In this document: positions 51,401-64,000 of the stretch, piece after piece | Numbering within the stretch: position 1 is the first letter of the stretch | Layout of the letters: every line of letters begins with the position of its first letter | Origin: Phallusia mammillata | Lineage: Eukaryota | Reading direction: 5' to 3' | DNA length: 64,000 bases | Assembly: GCA_965637545.1 (NCBI GenBank) | Contig: OZ281495.1 | Span: 32,364,001 to 32,428,000 of the forward strand | Translations under genes and position numbers: made by a program | Notes under the pieces: model-generated | What the model was told of the DNA's origin: nothing | Database searches by the model: none | Seen by the model: only the letters and a program-made list of their open reading frames with translations

Positions 51401-54400
51401 AGCCCCCCTCATAATCCCGAACCCCCGCCAGGGGTGGTCTCTGGGGCCCCGAGCGAAAGTTAATCGGCTTCCAACCTTCAAACTTGTCAGGAATTTAAAC
51501 TTGTTTACTCAGTCTAAAAACAAAGTCTGATTTGTTTTCAAGCTCTGTCTTCAATGTTTTGTTGTGTTTACAACCAACTTCGGTTTATCGATTTTCAAGC
51601 GATTTTTCAACGCTTAACGCAATTTTGCCGAAACAAAATGGCCGACCTACACCTTAAACATCCACAGACAGCAAACTTTCCACCTGTTTCAAATTTCACA
51701 ATCAGTTCTGCCTACTGAACCCGACTATGATGCTTTGAAACCGCAAATGACCACAAGCAGCCACAAATCGCATCAAAAATCACGGCATGTCAAAACCTTC
51801 GCGTATTTTTACCGACAAAGCTCCGGCGTAAATCCGGCCGAAGCAAAACGCCAATAATAAACAGGATGAGCGGTGGTGTTAATCCACGACCAGACAGTCC
51901 AGTGACACTGGGGTCAGCTCATCCGATCGGCTCGACGCAAATTTGCGCACTGTTATGTCAACGGACGGACGAGTCAAAACAACAACCCTGTCTCTACCCT
52001 AGCCTTGAGCATTGAGATACGAGATCCCAGCGAACTTTGCTTGCCCTGTTCAACCCACTAGACCCGTTCCCGGGACTCAAACTTCACAAATTTCGAAGGT
52101 ATTCACATTAGCAACGTGAAACTTCGGCAATCGGTAACATGAAGAATCAGTGCTGGTTATTCTAAACGTCCTGGGTCGAAAGTTCACAGTCGCTTCATCT
52201 TTGAGGCTAAAAATTGACAAGCTGTTGGGATGCGCGATGCAAAATGCAGGCCAAAATAAACACCACAGGCTTGTCCTAAATGTTTTAGCAAGTTTAATTT
52301 AGCGGTTAATAATCACGGCAAATTTTCCAATCCTTCTTTACTTCAATGTCATAACCAAGTCACATATTTAATGCCAACACTTAAGTTTTAATTGACAAGT
52401 GTTCCAGATTTAATTCTCTTCTTTACATCATAGATTTCAGCATTGACATTTATTCTACTTTGCGCTATCCACAAATATTTATAAAAAATCATTTGGTCAA
52501 TAGCATCGATTAAATATCATCACTTGTCGATTATAAGCCATGGCTAAACTATACATATTGATAGGTTTGTTCTTCTGTGTTATTTGCTGTAATGCAGGGT
52601 GTGTAACTTTCTGTAAAAATGCTTATTATGGGTTTCAACTATATAAAACTTCATCACATTTAACGACAAATTTATCAAACAACACAACTCCACAGTTTGG
52701 TGAGAACTAATTATTTTTCAGTGTATATTTAATTCAATAATTCGCTGTAACTTAAAATGTACGTGTCACAGGACGAATGTTAAAGTTTTTTTATAGCAAT
52801 TTTGCTTTTGTATGCTGACAGAAACTAATCGTAAAACTTAGTTCTACATTTTATATCCACTCAAAAATATTTCACTAAATGAGCTCAGATAAGGACACTT
52901 AAATCCAATACACTTCACACTATACAAGTCAATAACATAAATGCATTGGAGCGATTCGTACAGTATACGATTAATTTGCCAGTCACAGCATTTAAAAACA
53001 TTTAAGAAAGCTTAGTTCTCTCACACAATACACCATTTTCTCCTGCACACTTTTTGCTTGTGTTTTTCAACAATTTGTGCACTCTGCTTTAAACAAAATA
53101 GTCTCAAAACAAACACATTTCATATCAGCAAATCAGGTAATAACAGACAGAAATCTGAGCAGATCAGTCACAACAACAATCGTGCTTTCGTTTCTAAACT
53201 ATACGACCAAGATAGACGGTAACACTCTAGCACATAAGATACAACTTGTCTTAGTTTTTACTTGCTCCCCTAAACCCTGTCCACTGTCAGACGAGATAAA
53301 ATAATAGGAAACGATCTGAAAACCTTCTCTAAACAAGAGCCCTAGTGCGATTCGGGGGTCAGTAAGGCTTGTTTACATAAGCCGAGTGCTTAGCACGTAG
53401 TAAGGGAGTCCGATCTTAAACCGTTCAGTCCAGCTCAACAACTTGCCATAAAAGGTACGATATATTTTCGAGATTATCGTTAAATGCCTGCCGAGATCCA
53501 TAATCGGATATTGTCAAAGTTTGGCGAGCAATTCACGATGCGAGGCGCCTTCGCAGGCAATGATGACTGTGTGAACCCGAACCTTAGCACCTTGACTGGG
53601 AAGCTACCAGCAGTTTAGGCGGGATGCTTTCGAACCAGACGCGACAGAATGTCGGTTGGGACTGACAGCAAGCCCCTTCACATTCCCCACACAGATCTTC
53701 GCATGATCTTTTCGGGCTTCCAGCGTCAGTTCTTGCCAAGCCGCAGTGACGTAAATCGCTTGTTTGTTACGTCGAACGTCGTAATGCATTGTGACGACAC
53801 TGACAAAATGGCGTCGCTACAATCGCGGTGATGTTCTGCGCCAAGAAAGTGACAATTTATGAAATAACGGCAGTCAGCTTGTCTGCGGAACCGTTTCCTG
53901 CCCGACCGCTTATAGGCCATGCAATGTTGCAGTTCCAAAATCAAGGGAACTTCGGAGTAATTAAGTTTAAGATTTGGCCGGACTTTTGAGCGGAAAATCC
54001 CGCGGAAATAGTGTTTGCACGACGATGTTTTGGATTTAAACAGCCCAGCGTTCAGTTGACATTTAAGTATTGTATAATCCCGTAAATTTATCACGATCAC
54101 TACAAAATGGTGTTTTCGTTTCGAATATAATAGTTCGAAAATATTATTTTGCAAGAATTACGCCCTATAAAACCACAATGAAGTTGTAACTAAACTTAAT
54201 ATGGAATGTCAGCCGTTAAAGGCTCGGTTAAGTGTCATGTATATGCAATGATAATTTAACTGATATATCTTTTCCTGCTCGGTAAGATTGCTTTACTCTT
54301 AACATCAATATAGTCAAATGATACTTGGGCGTTTGTGCCGAAAACAACAAGGAAAACTTTTAATCAAAAAAGGAAGCATAAAATGTGAATTCTAATAAAC

Positions 54401-56534
54401 GCAAAGCGTTATAATAATTTGTTAAACGTCGGAAACAATAAGTCAAAGTAGAACCGGTGGCCACCTGGCAATCTTGTCCACTGACACAAAGTTGTGGTTC
54501 TGGTGGGATTCTACACTGTTCTCGTAATTTAAACCACGTTTCTGTGGTGACATCGTCCACCCAGTCTCAATCCACAAGCGCGACAGGTCCGGCTTTGTGG
54601 TCAATAGCGCCCTTTATTGCGTAATAATGGCTCGTTCACCGGTTCTTCTCTGGCAATCGAAGGAAATTGTTCGACAGCGGTCAGTATTATGACGTCATAT
54701 AGGCAGACGCGGTGTCGGGAGGGTGAAGTGTGACGCAATAAGTTGTGGCGAGTCATAGGGGGTAGTGACGAGGTGAAAAGTTCGACGTCGCAATTCATCG
54801 TTTGTTTGTGATACAATTGCAAAGACATTCAGTCCGCAAAACATGCATCATGTGGCAAGTGCAATCGTAAGGTTGGGGGGTTCGAAAACCACCTCTACCT
54901 ATCGTGTTTACGTATAATATTAGTTTTGGACAAGCTAGTACGTGTTTAGAATCAACCAATTGATAAACATGTTTTAAAGGTTGCATGGAATTTTATTTCT
55001 GACACTATTTATTCTATTCGGTTTCAGTTTTGTTAAACATATGTTGCATCTTTTTATCTTAAACTGTTCCCAGTTTTAATGGCATGACCTTTGAAAGTCG
55101 CCATTTTAAACCAAAATCGTATGATTATTGCAGGATTGTTGTATGCGAATTGCGAACTGGCCTGGATGTTTCAAACAAACTTTGGAAACATGGCTACTCA
55201 AAACACAACTAACATTAACTTTGTGTTCACGTTAAAATCCTGGCTTGAGTAACTAGCAAAATTATTTTGACAAGAAATTTCATCTTAATCTGTGCTGTTT
55301 CAGCGTCGTGTGCGAAAAGTCAGAAATCCAAAACACAACATTACAAGTTTTGACAATGAAGTAGCCGCTCGTTGTGTTGGATTTCTCTTAAACTTATACC
55401 ACTCATAGAATACACAATTGTCCGGTAACAATGGCCTTGTGTGACGTTGAAACGCGATCGCAGACAAACAAGACACGTCACGTTTCAATGATTTCTTCGC
55501 TAAAAAGAACAAAAATCGACGTTCTTATGTTATTTATTATCCATTGTGTCATCACAATAGTCTCGAACGTTTTTTATCACTAAAACCGAGCGCAAGTTGT
55601 GTTTAAAATGCATTCACAGATACTTAATAAATTTTGTCACTTAGTAGGACATTTGAAAGTTCAATGTTATTTTTTGTCAATCATTCGCCAATAGCAAACC
55701 TTTACCTGATTTAAAAACATCCACACACGACCGTGCACTTCATATAAGAATCAAGTAATCCAACCACTAAAACGTGGTAAAATATCCGAACGTGTTTGTA
55801 GCCGCTCACAGTATCCAATCGTTTTCTCACTGCGCTTGTCTGCCACCTTGTGTACAAAACTGCCGCAACATGTTTGATGTAAACAACTGATACACGTTGT
55901 TGTGTATGTGACGTCTTTGCAATTTCATTCAAACATGAACAGCCTCAAAACATCGCTTAAAAGTAGCATTCACAATTCAGTTTTCCTGCACAACTTTTAC
56001 ATTAATTTAACGGTCGCTCCTAGGTAGTAAATCTATCGTAAACCGTAAATAAAACGTTTAATCACGTCAAATTTCACCACTTACTTGGCTATTGTTACCA
56101 ATTTAACGTTTTGCGAAATCGAAAAGCCGCAAGAATATTAATGTCAATTCTATTCTGTCGTAAGTCTGAAATCCTCAGCTCAGGCATCGCTCACGAAAAG
56201 ATATCAAACACTCCTTTATAGCGTTGAATTATGAATTTCCGCAATTAAACATCGCTATTTTATTCTCTAGCTGGTGTGGTGTGTGTGATGTGAAATCCGG
56301 ACTAGCATAATTGATAGCCAACCATCTGTCTCTCATCCCATCACGCTACTCCGTGCCACCAGGGTCAAGGCCTCGTCCGGACCTCTGCAGCTCCAGGTAT
56401 CGATTTTGTTTCTATGTTGGATTCGTCGTTTGTGTAGAATTAAAAAATGGCCTAGCGCGCAAAACCATCCATTAGGCGGAGGTCGCGCCCAAAAACCTTC
56501 GGAAAATGCAATTCTGCTCGCGCGCGAAATGTCT

Positions 56535-56795
56535 TGACCCCGATTTGACCTCGACGCCGAACTTTCGATTCACTAAATGACGTCACAATGCCTTGCTGCG
56601 ACGTAATAAAGCGACGTGCAGAGATTTATGGGCGCCCGTACAACGATGTCGTCTGTTGCCATGTAACAATGCTCGTCTGTTACGTTGCAACGGGCATTGT
56701 GACGTTGCATGTAGTGGTGAAAGGTTCAAACAAAGGTCGTGCGACAAGTGGAAGTGTTTTTGTGCAATTAGAACGTCTGAAGGTCACCGTGACCT
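56535..56795. promoter_or_regulatory. Nuclear-receptor site cluster: perfect DR5 (56535-56551, minus), near DR5 (56723-56739), perfect IR3 (56781-56795)
   Basis: TGACCC cgatt TGACCT; GGTTCA aacaa AGGTCG; AGGTCA ccg TGACCT; CRE TGACGTCA at 56578-56585. Confidence 0.6.
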
Positions 56796-58782
56796 CAATG
56801 CGGGCGTTTGTGGAGGAGCGGTGCGTTAATTTCGTGATGGATTTTGGAACGGTTTGATAGAACGATTCGGGTTATCAAAAGATGAAATGTTTACGAAACT
56901 AATGATGCACTTTGTATCCGGTCCAGCCTTAATTGTTTTTGATTTTGAGAAATCAAACCACTACAGGCTGCAATTACATTACACACCCAAATACATAAAA
57001 CAAAAGAATGCGAATTTATTTTGCTTAGGGTTTTGGAAATCCCCATCCTTGGGGTTTCGATTTTTATGACAGCATTTTGTCATCACTTTGAATTAAAACT
57101 TCAATTGTCGTTATCAACCAAACCTTATCGACCAACAAAATAAAAGACAATCTTGGGCAATTATCCGACGGGTAAAATGTAGGGAAATTTATTTGGCAAA
57201 AATAAAAAAAAGTTTGTGCAACTGCATTTAGAACTGGCAACAAAAGTCCGCAGAACATCATGTGGATCATGGTACGGAGACGACCTTCTGTTTGACGTAA
57301 TGCGATCAGAATGCAAAATACGGCGCTCGTTTTTAAAGTTGTAATTCAAAATCGAGACAAGCCCTTAAAATTGCTGCTTACAGTGAGGCCATGAATTCAT
57401 TGCTACCGGTGTTAAGCTATAAAGACCAACATTTTCTAGCGATCAAGTTCAGACAAAGCTGTTTGGAATTTCGATTTTGACTTTGTAAACAGGTTCACAG
57501 GTCTGGGTGTGTTCTATCTTTAGCATTTCACGATCATTCTTACCTCGAGTGCCCGCCTCTTCAGTCCACCTTCCGCGCTGTAATTAAGTTATTAAGACCT
57601 GACTCTGATTGCACGTTATTACCGCGCACCGGCCCATCGCACAAATACTGCTCGTACGACACACACCGTTACGACACACAGGTCTATTATGACGCATTAG
57701 TTGTTTCCCAGTAATGCAGATTGCGCAAAGTTCACTAGAGGGCGCATCGTGCGCTTTTCGAGTGCGGATTTTCGGATTAAAATTCAAACAACTATTTTGG
57801 AGTCGCAGCGACAAGACGTTGAAGTGGAGAAAAACCACTGAGCCCTCTTGTCGTTTTACCACAAACTTGTAAGGTACGGTGGCGAGGAATCTAATGCATT
57901 TCACACTGAAGAGTAAAAATTAAAATTATTTTAGCTTGTAAGTGATTTTTAGTCGTGAGCTTTTCAAGCTACAACGTTAATCGAAGTCTTGTTCAAGTAG
58001 ACACAGGACCACACACAAACTGATGGTCGTATAAACACCTTGCTATCATCTGCATTAGTCAGATTCTTGCTTTGTGAAACATAAAGTTTTACGGTTTTCA
58101 CATCTTTAAAGTTTAAATTAAAACGTGACAACTTTCAAGGCATTGCAAAAAAACTTGGTTAAAACCATTTTTCGAACGCAAACAGACCAGCTTGAAAAAT
58201 GCCAAAAGTTTAAATATGTTTATTCAAAAAGTTAATCAACAAAAACCGCATTGTTTTCATCTAACTGATAATTAATTAAAAGTTTAAAAATCATGTGCAA
58301 CATATTGTCCTTAAACTCTCAAATTATCATCAGTATAAAAGTCCAAGTTTGCTTATAACGTTAGTTCCACCAACTAAAAATGGAAACTCAAACCGTTTTC
58401 GCAAACAGTCTGGAAAAAACTTAAAAAACATCATGGCTATTTTTAGTGGCAAAGCAATATCACAGACAATGGTATAATGTATGTACAGTGGTAAAGAAAT
58501 TGTCTCAAATTATCCTACAATGCCATGTTCGAAGTTTGTCCGTGTTTGCCACAAGAAAATATGTTAAACTAAAATCGTTTTGTAAATTGCCGGGAAACTT
58601 GACTTAAAAGCTTTGGGCAATATCACAAACAATCTGAGCATTGAGTTTCGGAATATTAAACAGCTGTAAAGCGTTTCACGTTTTAGCCTTGAAATGTCAC
58701 AGTTTTCGTCACAATTGTCGTATTCGGTAGATATTATTATAAAACAGCGAAGCTCCCCAACGTGCGGATAATTAAATCGCAA

Positions 58783-58799
58783 AGGTCAAATAAAGGTCA
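58783..58799 (+). promoter_or_regulatory. Perfect DR5 (RARE candidate) AGGTCA aataa AGGTCA
   Basis: Exact consensus match. Confidence 0.6.
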
Positions 58800-59693
58800 C
58801 ATTTGAGATCTAAGTATCAACAAGCCTATGTCGCGTCACAATAGCGAAGGCTCATTGTGGAAACTGGGCGGAAATAAACGAGCCGTGCTCCCACGGGACA
58901 CGTAATTGTGTTAGCGTCTTCCCTTGGTTCGGACTTGCAAGCAACGTTTCAAGTAATAGAATCAGACCGCCTCAGGTTAAGCGATCGCGACGGGTCCTCG
59001 TCGGTTGATCCGCGGGAAATTCGATTACATTTCACCGCAAGACTTGTAGATTTTTTACTGATGTTTGGGTCGGCTTGAAGGTCAAAATGGCTGTGACAAG
59101 TGGCTTTGGGTTTGTCATTTTTAACCACACTTACAAATCCTTACACATAATGTCAGGTTTTTAATTTTTACTTATCTGTGAGTCAAAACAGCTTCAGTGT
59201 GATATTTTTTCTGCCTTTCAACCCCTACAACGCACAGGACTAATTTTTTTGTACATTGATGCCACCCAAGAAACATCTGTGATTTTAATCACAATTCAGG
59301 AAAATTACAGAAAAACTAATATAAAGTAAAACATGTTCGTCGAAACAATAACAATATGTTTTTATACAATATGTTAAGTTTTATTTAGATGCATGGCATC
59401 CTATTGTTTCTTTTATCAATTGCATTAATTTTATATTTTACACTTTCGGAACTTCCAAACAATATTTAACGCTCTGTTTGAAATACGCTCTTTGTAATCT
59501 AGCAAAGTATACTCTATTGTTTTTCATATAATTTGAGTTTTATTACCTACTTAAACTATGGTGTATATTTTATTTAACTTAGAAAAGAAAAAAGAAAAGA
59601 ATATGCGTTTCGAAGCTATTTTGCGCAATGACAACCTAGGAACGGTTTGAGCAAATATTTAAGTGATGAAACACAAAATATTTGGAAAAGTTT

Positions 59694-59846
59694 GGCCCCG
59701 CCCTAAGAGCTCGATGATTGGCTTAGAATTTTTTTGCAACCAATCAGCGCTCAGCCTCTCACATTTCGTCAGCAGAGCTTCACATGCGAATTCGGCGCAA
59801 CGGACTTGACCTTGAATGTGCTGACGTAAGCGGTTGCCATGGTTAC
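59694..59846. promoter_or_regulatory. Orphan promoter-like module (GC box, two CCAAT boxes, CRE-like site, RFX X-box)
   Basis: GGCCCCGCCC 59694-59703; TGATTGGCT 59715-59723; AACCAATCAG 59738-59747; TGACGTAA 59822-59829; GTTGCCATGGTTAC 59833-59846. Confidence 0.45.
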
Positions 59847-61384
59847 GGTCAGGGTGTGTCGGTAAACGTGGGTGCGATGAATGAAAGTAGAATACCCAAT
59901 TATAGGTTGACCTGTTCACAATGTATTTCGGACAAGGCGAAAAGTATTTTTGTGTCATAACTTATTGCGATAAAATCTATAAATGATTTATTTGACGACA
60001 GTCGTTGACAAACAGTTTAAATTTGAATGCGGGTGTGTGTATAACCTTAATGGTTATTTAATGCCATTAGCGTATTTCCTTACTTAGAGACGATGTAAAA
60101 AGTTATGTGCGGATATACATAATGCAAGGATTCACAAGCTTTTAATTGTTTACAGCCTCACGAAAGATCCTTTTTGTTTATCATTTACAGCCGTAAAGAT
60201 AAGCCCAGAATGACGCCCTAACTTTATTTTCAAATTTGACCGAACGATTTCACAAACTGTTTATGGCGTCACCATCTGTATTGTTGCGCTTGAATTTACT
60301 TGTTTATTCCACACAGTTCGAAAATAATGCGCTTACACAAACCAGTATGACAACTTGGTGTTGAATATAGCTTCTAAAATCCCGCAGACAGGTTTCAAAA
60401 AACCAAACAATCTAGCAGAATTGGTTCTATTCATACACGGTCCAAAGTACAAATAATTTAACGTACATGTGCCTCATGCATTCGTCTTTGCCGCGGGTTA
60501 CTTTGGGTATATATAACGAAATTCTGTCGCTCGTAGGTTCAATGCTAAAATATTTTCAAAACGTGCTTCCAACTGTGGCCCTTGCGTCTGATTTGAAAAC
60601 CCCAGCCCAGTTCACAATCGTCAGACTCACGCTGACCCATTTGCGGGCTCAACAATGACGCTGGAATACTTAAAATCAAAAATTAATTGCGAAATGAGAT
60701 GGTTGGCCCTGGCAAAACAGTGTTATCGAAATTACAACAATATTCTTATTTTATTATGTTCTTTTGTTTTAAGGAGTTTCCAGGAATAATCGAATCGTGA
60801 TGCAGACAATCGATTCGAATTCTGAACGTCGATGCCGTTCGTCACGGTAAAGAATAAATACGAAATCAGATCAAACATTCATTTAACGAATTCAAACCTT
60901 AATTTTTTGTGTAAAACAACAATTCTGAACGAAAATTCAGTTAAACTATTTTTAACCAAGGTTATGCATAAGGACAGTGACTCTATGTAAAATGCACCCA
61001 TAAACAATTTGTTTGTGTTTTAAAGACTGAATGCCTATTCGAGTTTAATTCATGCTGGGTAAAAGTATGGAATTCATGTCAGAAAGTTGTTTAAAATGTG
61101 TCATTTTCGTGCTTAATTCAAAATGTGGTCTAAAATTTAGAGCTATGTCTACTATAAGAGTGACCGTTCCTCAAACTACAGCAGAAAAATGTCGGTATTA
61201 ACCAAACAATCTGGTTTTCTGTTGTGAAGCTAACGTTTGTTACCGTCTTCCACATGTTCGGAGGCGTGAATACTTCTTCTGTATAGTATACAACACAATT
61301 TTTGTAAGTAATATAGTACACTTTTTGTTTCTCCCTTAATAAAATTAAATAAAACTTTGGTTGTTGCGGATAACTTATGTGGCA

Positions 61385-61559
61385 TTGCATTTAAATAAAT
61401 TTTTCGTTTAACTGGTGTAATGCTAAACAAAATACTAGTTGTTGTTTGCAAAAATACAATTTCTTGAAACAACAACTAGTATTTTGTTTAGCATCAGACC
61501 AGTTGAACGAAAAATTTATTCAATATGCAACCTGGTGGACGAAACGCCTGTTCAGTATT
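61385..61559. repeat. Foldback element copy B: core palindrome 61394-61520 plus the same tail
   Basis: Same arms and same right-hand tail (aatatgcaacctggYggacgaaaYgcYtgttcagtatt) as copy A. Confidence 0.9.
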
Positions 61560-64000
61560 GCCTTTAAAGGCGGACATTGTTTTAACTTTTTGGGGTGGTT
61601 TTTAACCTGGTGACGCTAATTTTCCATATTAACGGGATTTGGCGCTGTAGGCATGTTGAAACATTAGTTAACTGTCAATTACAATTATGACTTTAAATTT
61701 GGTAAAGAAGTGAAATAGGCTACTCCACGTGGCGTGGTTGCGAATAAAAAACACTTTACGGAAAAAAGAACGGAAAATCCAAATTATATGTGGTATTTGT
61801 CACCAAATTTTATTACTAATGTTAATTGATATTTATTACTTATAATTAGGCTTAGATTTGCTAAAATAGTTAAATATAGGTTATAAATGGACGCGTTTCT
61901 GTTCTTACTTCTTGGGCATTTATATCCAACAACTCAGCAGCCCCATCTAACGACAAAACTTAAACATTTTTTTTATCAGTTTTATACTTTTGCGGCAAGA
62001 AGGTTTGGGAAGCGCTACAACACACTTGCCTGGTTTATAAAACAAATCAAAAGTAGGTAAATCAAAAGTAGGCCTGTTGGTAAACGTTTGGCGGACCGGA
62101 CCCAAAAGTTGCAGTGCATAACATTACCTTTTAAATGTAAATTATTAAAACCTAAATCGTTCAATCAAAACGTGACATCCTGCAAGCGTTAGACAGAAAA
62201 AGAGAAATGCGTACGAAATTAACTTGTGTCTATTATTTAGTAATGTTATTTGCTCAAGGTTTTATTTTATTTGAGTTTTCTAAACAACAGCTTTGTAATT
62301 CGGAATGGTCTTTAAGTCGACCTTCTTTATTGTTTTCCATTGGGATTATAAATGCGTTTCCTTTGGAACTTTTTCGCCAAAATTATTTAAGCTGCCGGTA
62401 TCCACCAGTCACTCTTTGTCGATTTAACACATAAACACGTGTAGTTAATACATTTTCGTCTACTTTTTTGACGAACTGTCCCCCTACTTCCTTCCTCTAC
62501 TGCTAAAACCGACCACAAATGCCCACAAAGCGCCGTAGAAGTGTCAAGGTTGGACAACAAACGATTATTGGAACTAGAAAAATTAAAATCACAAATCTCA
62601 AACTGAATCCATCAACTTGACCTTGTTTTCGAAGCTGTAGAATAATGAGACAATCCACAATTATTTATGCCCTTGTTGACGTCACAATTGCGCCACCTTG
62701 TCAAGGTCGAAGTCAAACAAATGGATTTAGGTAACTCGCTTATTTTAAGTCAACTCAAAACTTTGTGGTCCAACGAGATGTTGATTCTAGAATATTGCGA
62801 TTTCCCAAACAACAAAATAATTTCCAACCCTGCATTTCTGTGGATAGCTTTACTTGTTGACAGTAAAATACAGTTTTCCTCGCCTTTATTTTAAACATCA
62901 TTTAGCACAAAATGAAAAAACAGCGTACTTTTTTAAACATCGTTTTAACAACTTACTTGTCGTAAAATTCAACAATATAATGGATCTATTTTGGTATTTT
63001 TACAGTTAAATTGCTGACGTTTTTTACAATTCTGAATAGTTTTTAAGCAAGCCGCCATATCAGCATGTTACGAAGCATCTTCCAAAACGCAACTGGTGAA
63101 AATCACTTCAATATCAAACAACTCAAAAAATCACAGTTTTTTCACATTAAACACTTTTCTCATTTCTGCTTAAATTTCTTAATACAGACAAACCTCGAAA
63201 TAGTCCACGCGCGGGATTTACCAAAACTTTTCCCAAACTCATAATGATTCATAATCTCATTGGCAAAATAGAAAACTATAAAGAGAAGTCAAATATAGAA
63301 GAGACCTTCTGACGCTGATCGAGTGGAAATGTCTGGAAAATGTCAAACCCTGAACCCAACCCGCCTTGAACGCAGAAAACTACAGCGAATTGTTTCAAGT
63401 GCTTAAAGTCAGACACTGGGTATTCGGGGATTTCGATTCTTGTTCTTTGAGAAAGTTCCAAATTTATCACAGACTAAATATGCGGCAAATATTTTAATGC
63501 GAGAATTTTCCCTAATTTCCCAACACGTTTCAGGAACAATTTGTTCAATTTATCATCAACCGTTTTTTTTTAAAAAAAACATTGCACCTTGCTAACTCTT
63601 TGTTTAACTTTATATTGTTCACGCAATAACCTTAAAAATATAACATTAAAAAAAAGAATAAATTAAATTTAAACAATTTAGGATAAATTTGTTTTAATGA
63701 TTTTTTTCACACAACAGAACTTCAATACATAAATACGTGAACATTTAGGTTTTACAGATATGACTTTTTGCGCTATCCAAAAAAAGATGTAGAAATAGTT
63801 CAAACAAAAGTATCGTAAGTCTGGACCATGTTGTAAGCGACAACAAAATTCGTTAAGACAATAGCAACAAAAAAACGCCATTCATTTTTTAGATTTTTTT
63901 TGGGGGGGGGGGGTTAATGTCAAGTCGGTTCTCGAATTATTATGAAGACGCGAACCTAAGAACTTTTGCCAACCATGTGGGAGTTTGTAAGTGCGGGTTT

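Noticed and set aside
62001-62018. aggtttgggaagcgcta resembling a hAT TIR end
   Set aside because: No partner TIR or TSD found.

Overview
Eukaryotic genomic DNA, AT-rich with CpG-rich islets, probably from an ascidian tunicate. That assignment is inferred from an exact match to the Ciona-type 16-nt spliced leader and from abundant TGTGACGTCACA-type motifs. The left half (89-31628, minus strand) holds one complete 12-exon Meis/homothorax TALE-homeobox gene. I assembled it by hand: all 11 introns are GT-AG, the phases join, and the CDS is 1647 nt (548 aa plus stop) with HM/MEIS domains and a PYP-loop homeodomain. The right half (~32 kb upstream of Meis) has no recognisable gene and looks like a cis-regulatory desert. 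It carries a notable set of consensus nuclear-receptor repeats, including three perfect DR5s, an IR3 and an ER8; a perfect DR2 and DR1 lie in intron 7. Three hAT/Charlie-type MITEs have intact 8-bp TSDs. Most unusual observations: (1) two isolated genomic copies of the spliced leader, one with an intact GT donor on the Meis strand ~17 kb upstream of the start codon; (2) a 127-bp foldback element present twice as flip/flop isomers with homogenised arms. Most ORFs in the supplied track are spurious.
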